A DNA stretch of 64,000 nt from a virus. The notes under the pieces were generated by a model. That model was given only the letters and a program-made list of their open reading frames with translations. It made no database searches and had not been told where the DNA came from. The stretch is from the IMG/VR virus record IMGVR_UViG_3300020577_005362, positions 2,218 to 66,217 of that record, one strand, 5' to 3'. Below, piece by piece: positions 1 through 9,197 of this stretch; within the stretch, counting starts at the first letter, position 1, and every line of letters starts with the position of its first letter. Made by a program: the position numbers and the translations under genes.

Positions 1-1
1 C

Positions 2-913
2 GCGCTCGGCGCCTTCGCGGGGCTGATGTTTCGCGCAGGCAAGACTGTCATCGGAACTGTTTCCTTCGTCCTGGTGACGCTGCTACTCGCCTATTCGATT
101 TCGAACAGTGTCGGCTACAGTTTCGAACAGACAGTCGGCAAGCAGCGACTGTCGGAAGCCTTGAACAAGCAGGCCCGCGATATCGCCGCCCAGCAAAACA
201 AGGCCGCGCTCGACCGTCAGAAGCAGCAGCAGGAATGGTTGCAGCGCACTTATTCCGAGATGGCGAAGTCGCGGAACAAGGACGACCGTAAGGAAGCGCG
301 CACGCTACTGTCGGAAGGGACCAAGGATCTTTGGACCGCGCCGACGCCGCTTGTCGTGCCGAAGGTCGCTGACGTGATGAGCGACGGCAAGGCCGAAGCG
401 TTCGGGCGCTATTTCAAGATCGACCCCGAGAGCTTCCGGTTGCTCGACAGCGTCTACCTCTCGCTGCTGCTGTCCTTCATCAAATGGACGTTCCCGGCGC
501 TGGGCTTCGGCTACTGGCCGCGCGGCAGTCGAGACGAGAAGGTCGCGGCGCCCGTCGAGACGCCGGCGCCCGAGCCCGCCCTGCCCCAGCCGATGCGCAC
601 GGTGGACATCGAGGAGAAGCAGGCGCTGGAAGCCCAGCTCGTCGGCGAATGGCTCGGCGCACGCATGAGCCACGACCCGAAAGCAACGAGCGGCATGCCT
701 GCGACCGACGCCTATGGCGATTTCGTGCGCTGGTGTCAGGGCGTGAAGCGTCGCGGCGCAGTGATGAGCCAAACGGCTTTCGGCCTGCGCATGAAGGAAG
801 CGGGCATCGAGAAGCGCAAGCAGAACGGGTTCGTTTACGTCGGTCTTTCGCTGCGCAAGCCGGAACTCGTCAGCGCGCCCGTCCGCAAACTGTCTGCGAC
901 GGCTGCCGCCTGA
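2..913 (+). CDS. Membrane protein with coiled coil and C-terminal D5/P4-primase-type winged-helix domain (5' truncated by window)
   Basis: Frame open from base 2; hydrophobic segments, Q/K/E-rich coiled coil, C-terminal AYGDFVRWC..MSQTAFGLRMKEAGIEKRKQNGFVYVGLSL wHTH motif. Confidence 0.65.
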   Translation, partial: ALGAFAGLMFRAGKTVIGTVSFVLVTLLLAYSISNSVGYSFEQTVGKQRLSEALNKQARDIAAQQNKAALDRQKQQQEWLQRTYSEMAKSRNKDDRKEARTLLSEGTKDLWTAPTPLVVPKVADVMSDGKAEAFGRYFKIDPESFRLLDSVYLSLLLSFIKWTFPALGFGYWPRGSRDEKVAAPVETPAPEPALPQPMRTVDIEEKQALEAQLVGEWLGARMSHDPKATSGMPATDAYGDFVRWCQGVKRRGAVMSQTAFGLRMKEAGIEKRKQNGFVYVGLSLRKPELVSAPVRKLSATAAA

Positions 914-922
914 CGAAAAGCA

Positions 923-947
923 AAACCCCGCCGGTTAGGGCGGGGCT
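923..947 (+). terminator. GC-rich hairpin after ORF1
   Basis: ccccgcc-ggtta-gggcgggg preceded by an A tract; direction uncertain. Confidence 0.45.
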
Positions 948-1054
948 GGGAAGTCCTCTTAGGCACTTGAAGCTGATCTCCGAAGGGCTGCCACCCGGAA
1001 GAGATCGAAGGCGGGTCAATTACGACCCCACGTCGCCAACAGGATCTGCACAGC

Positions 1055-1381
1055 ATGTATCACAAAGCTAAAAAGCCCGTCAACGCCGAGGACGACACGC
1101 CCATCGTCCCGCGCTTCGATCTTGAAGCAGAACGCCCGGTGAGGGGTCCGGTTCTGTTTGATTTGAAAGAAGTTTGCGACTTTGACGTATTCGCGGCGAT
1201 TTCGCGCGAAGTGACGTGGGACCTGTCGCTGACGTGGCAGCACACGGCCATCATGGCGAACATTCTCGCTGGCCGTCCCTATAACGAGGGCGTGCGCGGG
1301 CTGCGCGCGATTGCAGCCGTCTCCCAGCTCGTCGAGCGCGGCTACCTGCCGATCACGGTGATGGAGCGCATCGCGCCATGA
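1055..1381 (+). CDS. Hypothetical phage protein
   Basis: ORF coupled (ATGA) to the next gene. Confidence 0.55.
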   Translation: MYHKAKKPVNAEDDTPIVPRFDLEAERPVRGPVLFDLKEVCDFDVFAAISREVTWDLSLTWQHTAIMANILAGRPYNEGVRGLRAIAAVSQLVERGYLPITVMERIAP

Positions 1382-1593
1382 CCATCCTTTTCGACATCGA
1401 CGGCATGCGCGCCATTACTGCGACCTGCGATCTTGAGGCTCACGGGCTCGCCCTGCGCCGTTTCGTGGCCGACGTGGAGCGCGGCGGCTCGATCCCGTCC
1501 TCGCCGCCCAGCGACCTCCAGGGGCCTGCGCGCGACTGCTACATGCAGCTCGCCTCAATCGCGCGCATCGAGGAGGGCGCCCATGTTGACTAG
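1378..1593 (+). CDS. Hypothetical phage protein
   Basis: Overlapping start/stop with neighbours. Confidence 0.55.
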   Translation: MTILFDIDGMRAITATCDLEAHGLALRRFVADVERGGSIPSSPPSDLQGPARDCYMQLASIARIEEGAHVD

Positions 1594-2689
1594 GCTCCCC
1601 TCGAACCACAACGGCGGCCCGTCCTTGGAAGAGGACGAGAGCGGCGACTTCCGCATCCGCTACATGCGCATCCACATCAACGACTGGCGCGCCTCGACGG
1701 CAAATCTGCTGCCCGAGCAGGGCTGGCTGTTCCTCAAGCTGATGATGGAGATGTATGACCGGGGCGGTCCCTTGCCCAACGACGACGCCTACAACGCGCG
1801 TCTGGTCGGCTTCGAAATCCGCACCTACCGGCGCGTGCTCCGTCAGCTGATCTTGATGGGCAAGATCCACGTCGCGCAGATGCAGCCCGCCGACAAGGGC
1901 ACGCTGTTCCACCCGCGCACGATACGCGAAATCGAGCAGGCGGTTTTGGAGCACAAGAAGCGTCGCGCGGCCGCCCTTCAGCGCGAGGAAGATCGGCGTA
2001 AAGGGGCTCGTGTTGCTGATGAGATCCGGCCGACTTCGGGCGGACTTCCGGCCGACTTCCGGCCGACTTCGGCCGAACTTCCGGCCGACTTCCAGCCGAA
2101 GTCCGGCGAACTTCTGCCCGAGCTAAGCCCCGATCTTTCCGAAAAAGTCAATGAAATCAATGGGTGCGCCGCCACGACTGTGACCACAAGCGGACCACAG
2201 CCCTCGCGGGCGCGCGCGTTTCCTAAGCCTAAGCCAATAAAGAAAGAAGAAGAAAGAGCGGCGCCTAGCGACGCCGCCGATGCTCTCCAACCTTTGGTCA
2301 GGGGGAGCGTGCGGTGGGCGTACAACGCCTACAACGAGGTCGCCAATCGGATCGGTCTCCCGCTCGCCGTCGCGCTCACCGAAGCGCGCGTCAAGGCGAT
2401 CCGTGTCCGGCTCAAGGAGTTCGGGCCCGAGGGGTGGGAGACGGCGCTCGCCAACATCGAGCGCAACCCGTTCATGCGCGGCCGCAACGACCGCGGCTGG
2501 CGCGCAAGCCTCGACTACGTGCTCCAGGCCAAGAGCTACGCCAAGCTCGTCGAGGGCGCCGCAGGGCGCCGTGATGTCGGGCTGCGGCCTGCGCAGGCTG
2601 CCGATCTCGCGAAGGTCTACGAGGACGACCAGTTCGCCCGCGACCTTGAGAAGGCCGCTGCGCTCGAGCGCGGGGACTTCAATCAATGA
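1583..2689 (+). CDS. Phage replication initiator, DUF1376/YdaU family
   Basis: RBS aggagg before ATG 1583; N-terminal YMRIHINDWRASTANL..EQGWLFLKLMMEMYDRGGPLPNDD; C-terminal FMRGRNDRGWRASLDYVL; internal iterons. Confidence 0.85.
   Translation: MLTRLPSNHNGGPSLEEDESGDFRIRYMRIHINDWRASTANLLPEQGWLFLKLMMEMYDRGGPLPNDDAYNARLVGFEIRTYRRVLRQLILMGKIHVAQMQPADKGTLFHPRTIREIEQAVLEHKKRRAAALQREEDRRKGARVADEIRPTSGGLPADFRPTSAELPADFQPKSGELLPELSPDLSEKVNEINGCAATTVTTSGPQPSRARAFPKPKPIKKEEERAAPSDAADALQPLVRGSVRWAYNAYNEVANRIGLPLAVALTEARVKAIRVRLKEFGPEGWETALANIERNPFMRGRNDRGWRASLDYVLQAKSYAKLVEGAAGRRDVGLRPAQAADLAKVYEDDQFARDLEKAAALERGDFNQ
2027..2114 (+). repeat. Eight tandem 11-bp iterons (consensus CGGCCGACTTC), putative replication origin
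   Basis: Units at 2027, 2038, 2049, 2060, 2071, 2082, 2093, 2104; A-rich tracts follow at about 2141-2160 and 2236-2257. Confidence 0.8.
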
Positions 2690-3312
2690 AAACCCTTGCC
2701 CAGCTTCTCGCCGACGAGGGGATCACGTTTCGGCACGCCCCGCGCACCGGCCAGAACGCCACCATCTGCCCCAAGTGCTCGCACCTCCGAAAGCCGATGA
2801 ACAGGCGAAAGCCCTGCCTCGGCGTCCACATCGACGACCGAGGCATCCGAGCCCACTGCGCGCACTGCCACCACACCGCTGCACGATTTTTCGACGAGGA
2901 CGAGAATGCTGGATCAGGTCAGGACCGAGCTACAGTTGAGCGAACGGCACGCCATGTGGCTCGAGGACGTGCGAAAGATCCCGTGCGAACTGGCGGCCGA
3001 GTTGGGGATCGTGTCGAAGGGTCCGCACCTCGCGTTCGAGTATCGTCGGCACGGACAGTTGCTGTTTCGACAGATCCGCAAGGAGCTGCCGGGCGGCGAC
3101 AAGACGTTCCGGCTGGAGGCCCCGGACGGCCGCACGCTCAAGGAAGCGGGCATCGGGCTGTCGTTCTGGCAGGAGGACGACCTGACCGGGTCGTCGTCAC
3201 CGGATGTTCCCAGGATCATCACGGAAGGCCAGTTCGACACGGCGGCGTTTCGACTGGCGGGCTTTCCGCTCGTCGGATCTGTACCGAACGGCGCGAGCGG
3301 CCGACCGAGTGA
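2686..3312 (+). CDS. Primase zinc-binding domain (T7 gp4/Twinkle-type N-terminus); only the first ~70 aa look genuine
   Basis: ICPKCSHLRK..PCLGVHID..AHCAHCH Zn-finger; remainder overlaps the next gene out of frame. Confidence 0.7.
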   Translation: MKTLAQLLADEGITFRHAPRTGQNATICPKCSHLRKPMNRRKPCLGVHIDDRGIRAHCAHCHHTAARFFDEDENAGSGQDRATVERTARHVARGRAKDPVRTGGRVGDRVEGSAPRVRVSSARTVAVSTDPQGAAGRRQDVPAGGPGRPHAQGSGHRAVVLAGGRPDRVVVTGCSQDHHGRPVRHGGVSTGGLSARRICTERRERPTE

Positions 3313-4465
3313 AGGCGAGATCGTCGCGGCCGAGGATACCGGGTTCTCGTATCTGTGGGAGTTCGACGAGGCGGCCGACAAGTGGCGCCTGCGCGGCGGG
3401 CTCGCAACGTGCGCGCGGATCATCCTAGCGACGGACGGCGACAAAGCCGGGCGCGTCCTGCGCGACGAGCTCGCCGTTCGCCTTGGCCGCGATCGGTGCT
3501 GGGTCGTCGAGTATCCCGAAGGCGAGATCGGCGGGCATCCGATCAAGGACGCGAACGACGTTCTGCGCAAGTGGGGCGCAGACGAGGGCTGCGAGCGCTT
3601 GCGCGACATGGTGGCCGACGCCCGCCCGCTCGTTGCTCCGACGCTCGTGCCGATGTCGCAGATCCCCGAGGTCAAGCGCGAATATCTGCGTACCGGCTGG
3701 AAAGAACTCGACACCCACCTCAAGGTGACGCGTCCCGAATTGATGATCGTTTCGGGACCTCCAGGTGACGGCAAATCGCAATTCGTCACCGCGTTGGGTG
3801 CGAGCCTCGCTTATCTGCACGGATGGAAGGGCGCCGTTCTCCAGTTCGAGGACGACGTCGAGCGCATCCGTGAGGACTTCGTGAAGTTCTGGTGCGGGCG
3901 GCGCGAGGCTGATCCGACAGTCGCAGAAAACCGTGCGCAGGCGCTCGCCTGGGTCGACCAACAGTTTCGAACTGTCTCGCCCGACGAGAGCGAAGGCGAG
4001 CACCGTTTCGATCTGTCTTGGCTCGACGCGAAGCTGACCGAGGCTGCGCGCGTGCATGGGTGCCAGTTCGCCGTGATCGATCCTTGGAACGAGGTCGAGC
4101 ACGCTTGGCACAAGGGCATCACCGAGACGCAGTACCTCAACGATGCGCTGCGCAATTTGAAGCGCACGTCGCGTCGACTGTCGATGTGCCTGATCATTGT
4201 CACGCACCCCGACAAGGCGGCGGGCCGCATCAAGGATATCGAGGAATGGGATCTCTATTCGATCTCCGGTGGGCAGGCTTGGAACAACAAAGCCGATCAC
4301 GGCATCATCGTGCTGCGCCCTGACAAGGAGAAGCGCGAGACCTTTATCAAGGTCTCGAAGTCCAAGCGCCATCTCGTGATGGGGCGCCCCGGCATAGTCG
4401 TCATGCGCCTCAATCCGCTCAAAGCTACCTACGAGTTCGTAGGGCACCACGAGGGGACGCAATGA
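2906..4465 (+). CDS. TOPRIM primase plus DnaB-like (SF4) helicase, Twinkle/T7 gp4-like
   Basis: IITEGQFD, SVPNGA, ILATDGDKAG, KDANDVL, Walker A SGPPGDGKS, VIDPWN, IVTHP, ISGGQAWNNKAD. Confidence 0.92.
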   Translation: MLDQVRTELQLSERHAMWLEDVRKIPCELAAELGIVSKGPHLAFEYRRHGQLLFRQIRKELPGGDKTFRLEAPDGRTLKEAGIGLSFWQEDDLTGSSSPDVPRIITEGQFDTAAFRLAGFPLVGSVPNGASGRPSEGEIVAAEDTGFSYLWEFDEAADKWRLRGGLATCARIILATDGDKAGRVLRDELAVRLGRDRCWVVEYPEGEIGGHPIKDANDVLRKWGADEGCERLRDMVADARPLVAPTLVPMSQIPEVKREYLRTGWKELDTHLKVTRPELMIVSGPPGDGKSQFVTALGASLAYLHGWKGAVLQFEDDVERIREDFVKFWCGRREADPTVAENRAQALAWVDQQFRTVSPDESEGEHRFDLSWLDAKLTEAARVHGCQFAVIDPWNEVEHAWHKGITETQYLNDALRNLKRTSRRLSMCLIIVTHPDKAAGRIKDIEEWDLYSISGGQAWNNKADHGIIVLRPDKEKRETFIKVSKSKRHLVMGRPGIVVMRLNPLKATYEFVGHHEGTQ

Positions 4466-4761
4466 TCGTCGACGATCTCGCTGAGCGCCAGAACGCGCTG
4501 CGCCTCTTCAACGAGTACATGAGTGCGGTTGATGCGCTTGTGGTTGCGTATCACGCGGGCGCCACTGCGGACGAGATCGACGAACTTACCGCCGCCGTCA
4601 ACGAAGCGGAGCGGGTCTACGACGATTGCGGCTACGAGCTCGACTGCGACTATTCCGACGAGCCGACGATCTGCGCGCGCACCGGCACGCCGATCATCAT
4701 TGGCGACAAGGTCATCCACGACATGACCACGAACGAGGTTTTTCTGCGCGTGTGCGTCTGA
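4462..4761 (+). CDS. Hypothetical acidic protein
   Basis: ATGA overlap with the helicase stop. Confidence 0.6.
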   Translation: MIVDDLAERQNALRLFNEYMSAVDALVVAYHAGATADEIDELTAAVNEAERVYDDCGYELDCDYSDEPTICARTGTPIIIGDKVIHDMTTNEVFLRVCV

Positions 4762-4785
4762 CTGAGAGAGAAAAGGGCAAAGGGC

Positions 4786-5280
4786 ATGAACGAAGCAAAT
4801 CTGATGGGGAATGTGGGAGCAGACCCCGAAATCAAGGAAACGAAAGGCGGCAAGAAGTTCGCAAGCTTCTCGCTCGCCACGTCGGAGCGCTGGACTGACA
4901 AGGCGACCGGCGAAAAGAAGGAAGTGACGACCTGGCACCGCTGCATCGTATGGAACGAGAACCTTGTTCCGGTTGTCGAGCAGTACGTGCGCAAGGGGTC
5001 GCAACTGTTCGTGCGCGGGCAGATCACGATCCGCGAATGGCACAAGGAAGGCACGCCGCAAGACGACCGTCGCTGGCAAACGGAAATCACGTTGAACGGC
5101 TTCAGCGCCGTGCTCCGGCTGCTCGGCAAGGCAGGCAACGGCAGCAACCGCGCGCCAGATCCTGAAGAGCCCAAGCGCGATTATGCCCGCCCGCCCGCCA
5201 ATGGAAACGGTTCGGCACCGTCCCGCTCCTTCGATCGCACGATGGACGACGAGATCCCCTTTGCGCCGGAGGTCCGCTAA
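4786..5280 (+). CDS. ssb: Single-stranded DNA-binding protein
   Basis: LMGNVGADPE, FSLATSERW, TWHRC, VRKGSQLFVRG, acidic tail MDDEIPF. Confidence 0.97.
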   Translation: MNEANLMGNVGADPEIKETKGGKKFASFSLATSERWTDKATGEKKEVTTWHRCIVWNENLVPVVEQYVRKGSQLFVRGQITIREWHKEGTPQDDRRWQTEITLNGFSAVLRLLGKAGNGSNRAPDPEEPKRDYARPPANGNGSAPSRSFDRTMDDEIPFAPEVR

Positions 5281-6405
5281 ATGCAGTTCAAAGCTGAAAA
5301 CCGCGCGTTCGCCGACGCGCTCGACCTGGTCAAGGGCGCGATCCGCCCCTCGACCGTCCCGATCCTCTCCCACGTGTGCGTGACGGCCAGCGATGGCGTC
5401 GTGACGTTGCGCGCCAACAACCTCGACCGCGAAACGGAAGCCTCGTTCCGGGCAGAGGTAACGCGAGAAGGGTCGGCCGCACTTCCGGGCGAGATCCTGG
5501 CGGGCATCGTGCGCCGCCTGCCAAAGGGCGGCGACTGCACGCTCGACCTGCGCGACGAGGTCGCCGAGCTCACCTCGCGCAAGTCGGTCTACAAGCTGCG
5601 CTCGCTGCCCGCCGACGACTTTCCGAAGGGTCGCCGGATCACTGGCGAGGCGGCGGTATTCGAGATGGACGGCGCCACCTTCCGCGATCTGCTGCGCCAT
5701 GTGGCCTATCCAGCGAACGAAACCCACCCGAAGCAGTACAGCCGCGGCGTCTACCTGCACGCGCACGAGGGTAAGCTGGCTGCGACGGCGACGGACGGTC
5801 ACCGGCTCGCACTCGTCGAGGTGGATCTGCCGGAGGGTGCGGCCGAGTTCCCCGAGATGATAATCCCGGCCAGCACGGTCAAGGCGATCCTCGAACTCAC
5901 CGCCAAGGTTGACCGGGTGGTGGTGGCGGGGACGCGACATGCGATCGAGGTGCGCGTCGAAGGCGCCCGGCTCACCAGCGCGCTCGTCGATTGCGCCTAT
6001 CCCGACTACCGCAAGGTCATTCCGAAGCGCAACGGCGCGGCGGCCGTGTTCCGCCCCGACAGTATGAGCGAGGCCCTGGATCGTGCGGCGACAGTCTATC
6101 TCGGCCGCAGCGATCCGAACAAGCTCGCCCCGACCGTCAAGATCACGGCGGGTGACGACAGCATCGAACTCGTCGCGGGCATCGCCGGTGGCGAGCGCGG
6201 CCTTGAGACAGTCGAGGCGGACATCAACGAGCATCCGCTCGAGGTGTCGGTCGTGACGACCTACTTGGCCGAGATGCTGAAGCAGTGGCCGGAGACCACC
6301 GACCTCGCGATCCAGCATGGCGGCGGCATGGGTCCGGTGCTGTTTTGCGCCGCAGCGATGCCGAACGTCACCCACCTGATCATGCCGACGAAGCCGACCC
6401 TTTAA
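5281..6405 (+). CDS. dnaN: DNA polymerase III beta sliding clamp homolog
   Basis: 374 aa; TVPILSHV, LPADDFP, ATDGHRLA, YPDYRKVIP, C-terminal LIMP. Confidence 0.92.
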   Translation: MQFKAENRAFADALDLVKGAIRPSTVPILSHVCVTASDGVVTLRANNLDRETEASFRAEVTREGSAALPGEILAGIVRRLPKGGDCTLDLRDEVAELTSRKSVYKLRSLPADDFPKGRRITGEAAVFEMDGATFRDLLRHVAYPANETHPKQYSRGVYLHAHEGKLAATATDGHRLALVEVDLPEGAAEFPEMIIPASTVKAILELTAKVDRVVVAGTRHAIEVRVEGARLTSALVDCAYPDYRKVIPKRNGAAAVFRPDSMSEALDRAATVYLGRSDPNKLAPTVKITAGDDSIELVAGIAGGERGLETVEADINEHPLEVSVVTTYLAEMLKQWPETTDLAIQHGGGMGPVLFCAAAMPNVTHLIMPTKPTL

Positions 6406-6427
6406 GCCTGCGACTGCAACCAACGGA

Positions 6428-6829
6428 GTGAAAGACATGACCGCGACTGCCATCGCGACTGCGACTGCCCTCGAAACCTTGAAGCGGATCGCAAAGCCGA
6501 TCCCGTTTGCGCCGAACGATGAACCCGAGGCGGAACTGTCGAACATTCTGACCCTGCTCAAGTCCGAGCGCTTTAAGGAAGCAACAGAGCGCGTTGATCG
6601 AATGCTGGTGATGAAACTGGTCGCCGAAGCATCGCACGACCTGCAGGAGCGGATCGACGAACTGGATCACGAGATCGAGGGGCTGGATCACGAGATCGAG
6701 GGGCTGGGCGACGAAAACAGCAGCCTTCAATCGGAGAAAGACGATCTTGAGGACAAGGTCGCGGAGCTTGAGACCAAGATCAGCAAGCTGGAGGACGAAA
6801 TCGAAGAACTGAAGGGCGCCGGCGCATGA
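6428..6829 (+). CDS. Acidic coiled-coil protein with a 21-bp tandem duplication
   Basis: Heptad repeats LDHEIEGLDHEIEG. Confidence 0.65.
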   Translation: MKDMTATAIATATALETLKRIAKPIPFAPNDEPEAELSNILTLLKSERFKEATERVDRMLVMKLVAEASHDLQERIDELDHEIEGLDHEIEGLGDENSSLQSEKDDLEDKVAELETKISKLEDEIEELKGAGA

Positions 6830-8220
6830 GCTACGAAGAGTTCATTGCGCGGAAGTCCGCCATCGCGAAGCCGGTCGGGTTCACTCCCGATCGGAGGCGC
6901 TTTCCGCAAGCCATGAAACCGTTCCAACGCGATATCGCGACGTGGGCGTGCAAGCGGGGCAAGGCTGCCGTGTTTGCGGGCACGGGTCTCGGCAAAACCC
7001 TGATGGAACTGTCGTGGGCGTCTCAGGTCGCGCATCACACCGAAGGGCGTGTGCTGGTGTTCACCCCGTTGGCCGTGGCCGAGCAGACGGTGCAAGAGGC
7101 GCGCAAGTTCGGCATCGCCGATGTCGCCTATGCGCCCGATCATGCGAGCAGTTCGACGCAGATCGTCGTCACGAACTACGACCGGCGCGACAAGTTCGAC
7201 ATCGGCCAGTTCGCCGGCGTCGTCTGCGACGAAAGCGGCATCCTGAAAGACCACGCGAGCCGAACCCGCATGGAATTGACGGAGGCGTGTAGCGGCGTCT
7301 CTTACCTGTTGTGCGGCTCGGCAACACCGGCGCCGAACGACTGGACCGAACTCGGCCAGCATGCGGAGTTCCTGGGCGTCATGTCCGCCAAGGAAATGCT
7401 CGCCATGTATTTCGTCCACGAAGGCGCGCTGCGTGCAGACGCCGAAGAGGATTGGCGTTTGAAGGGGCATGCCGCAAAGGACTTCTGGCGCTGGGTGGCG
7501 TCGTGGTCCGTCATGATCCGGCATCCGCGCGATCTGGGCTACGAAGAGGACGGCTACGACCTGCCGCCCCTCGACATGGTGCAGATCACCGTCGAAGGCG
7601 ACCGCAAGCCCCGTGAGGGCGAACTGTTCGCGGAAGACGCGGCAACTCTGCGCGAGCAGCTTCAGGTCCGCAAGGACACGATTGCCGAGCGTGTGGCTGC
7701 CGCTGCCGATCTCGTGGCGCAGGAGCCGAACGAACCCTGGCTGATCTGGTGTCACCTCAACGCGGAAGCGGAAGCGCTCACGGCGGCGATCCCCGGCTCC
7801 GTGAACGTCGAGGGCTCCGATACGATCGAGCACAAGACGACGAACCTTCTGGGCTTTGCCAAGGGCACGCCGCGCATTCTCGTGAGCAAACCGAAGATCG
7901 CGGCGCGCGGGATGAACTACCAGAACTGCGCGCGGACCATCTTCGTCGGCATGAACCACTCGTTTGAAGAGCTGTTTCAGGCTGTCCGCCGCTTGTGGCG
8001 CTTCGGCCAGGTCCGGCCCGTCAAGGCGTATCTCATTGCGTCCGATCTCGAAGGCGCTGTCGTCGCGAACCTGCAAGCCAAGGAACGGAAATATGAAGCG
8101 ATGGCGGAAGCCATGGCCGAGCACATGAAGGACTTGAGCAAGAAGGCCGTGCGCGGTGGGCGCATTGCTGTTTCCGACTACAAACCGAACACGAAGATGG
8201 GGATGCCGTCATGGATGTAA
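6826..8220 (+). CDS. SNF2-family helicase
   Basis: GTGLGKT, VVCDES, SATPAPN, GMNYQ, QAVRRLWRFGQ. Confidence 0.92.
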   Translation: MSYEEFIARKSAIAKPVGFTPDRRRFPQAMKPFQRDIATWACKRGKAAVFAGTGLGKTLMELSWASQVAHHTEGRVLVFTPLAVAEQTVQEARKFGIADVAYAPDHASSSTQIVVTNYDRRDKFDIGQFAGVVCDESGILKDHASRTRMELTEACSGVSYLLCGSATPAPNDWTELGQHAEFLGVMSAKEMLAMYFVHEGALRADAEEDWRLKGHAAKDFWRWVASWSVMIRHPRDLGYEEDGYDLPPLDMVQITVEGDRKPREGELFAEDAATLREQLQVRKDTIAERVAAAADLVAQEPNEPWLIWCHLNAEAEALTAAIPGSVNVEGSDTIEHKTTNLLGFAKGTPRILVSKPKIAARGMNYQNCARTIFVGMNHSFEELFQAVRRLWRFGQVRPVKAYLIASDLEGAVVANLQAKERKYEAMAEAMAEHMKDLSKKAVRGGRIAVSDYKPNTKMGMPSWM

Positions 8221-9197
8221 ATGTGTTGGACAAGGCCGAGGGCCGGGACTGGTGGATCGCAAATGGTGACTGCGTGGACGTGGCGCGCGGGCTGCCGGAC
8301 GATAGCGTCGGGCTTACCGTGTTTTCCCCGCCGTTTGAAAGTCTCTACACCTTCAGTGATCACCCGCGCGATATGTCGAATTGCCCGAACCCCGAGACGT
8401 TCTGGGAACACTTCGGGTTTCTGATCGAGCAGCTTTACCGCATCACCAAGCCAGGCCGCCTGTGCGCCGTGCATTGCATGCCGCTGCCAACTTCAAAAAC
8501 GCGCGACGGCTACATCGGTATCCGCGACTTCCCTGGCGAGGTCATCCGCGCCTTTCAGGCGCACGGCTGGATTTTTCATTCCGAGGTGGTGATCTTCAAG
8601 GACCCCGTCACGGCGATGCAGCGCACGAAGGCGATCGGGCTTCTGCACAAGCAGATCAAGAAGGACAGTGCACTGAGCCGGATGGGGTTCGCCGACTACG
8701 TGGTGGTGATGCGCAAGCCGGGCGACAACGCCGAGCCGGTAGAAGGCGCGTTCGATGCTTACTATGGCGACGAAACGTCCGTAAAAGGTCCACTCACGAC
8801 CGAGACGGGCAAAATCCGCAGCGTGAACGTGCCGGGCGACGAATGGTATTCGGTGGCAGTGTGGCAGCGCTACGCTTCCCCCGTTTGGATGGACATCAAC
8901 CAGTCCGACGTACTGTCGCACAAGATGGCGCGCGACGAACAGGACGAGCGGCACATCTCGCCGTTGCAGTTGACCGTCATTCGCCGGTGTATCGATCTCT
9001 GGTCGAACCCTGGCGACGTGGTGTTCTCGCCGTTTGCTGGCATCGGCTCCGAACTCTATTGCGCGGTGCAGATGGGCCGCAAGGCTGTGGGGGCAGAGCT
9101 CAAGGCGTCGTATTTCCGGCAGGCGGTCGCAAACCTCGGATCGCTGAAGGCCGAGCAGACTGTCGACATCTTTTCGACTGTCGAGGCCGCCGAATGA
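8211..9197 (+). CDS. DNA N6-adenine/N4-cytosine methyltransferase (beta class)
   Basis: Catalytic FSPPF near N-terminus; SAM-binding VFSPFAGIGSE near C-terminus. Confidence 0.92.
   Translation: MDVNVLDKAEGRDWWIANGDCVDVARGLPDDSVGLTVFSPPFESLYTFSDHPRDMSNCPNPETFWEHFGFLIEQLYRITKPGRLCAVHCMPLPTSKTRDGYIGIRDFPGEVIRAFQAHGWIFHSEVVIFKDPVTAMQRTKAIGLLHKQIKKDSALSRMGFADYVVVMRKPGDNAEPVEGAFDAYYGDETSVKGPLTTETGKIRSVNVPGDEWYSVAVWQRYASPVWMDINQSDVLSHKMARDEQDERHISPLQLTVIRRCIDLWSNPGDVVFSPFAGIGSELYCAVQMGRKAVGAELKASYFRQAVANLGSLKAEQTVDIFSTVEAAE

Noticed and set aside
2027-2114. CRISPR-like or minisatellite array
   Set aside because: Contiguous 11-bp units without spacers inside the initiator gene; no cas genes seen in the window
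2940-3312. C-terminal two-thirds of ORF 2686..3312 as a real domain
   Set aside because: Off-frame read-through of the primase gene with R/G/V-biased composition
6826-9197. SNF2 plus MTase as a BREX/DISARM or restriction system
   Set aside because: No nuclease, PglZ or Drm partners; this pair is common in phage replication modules
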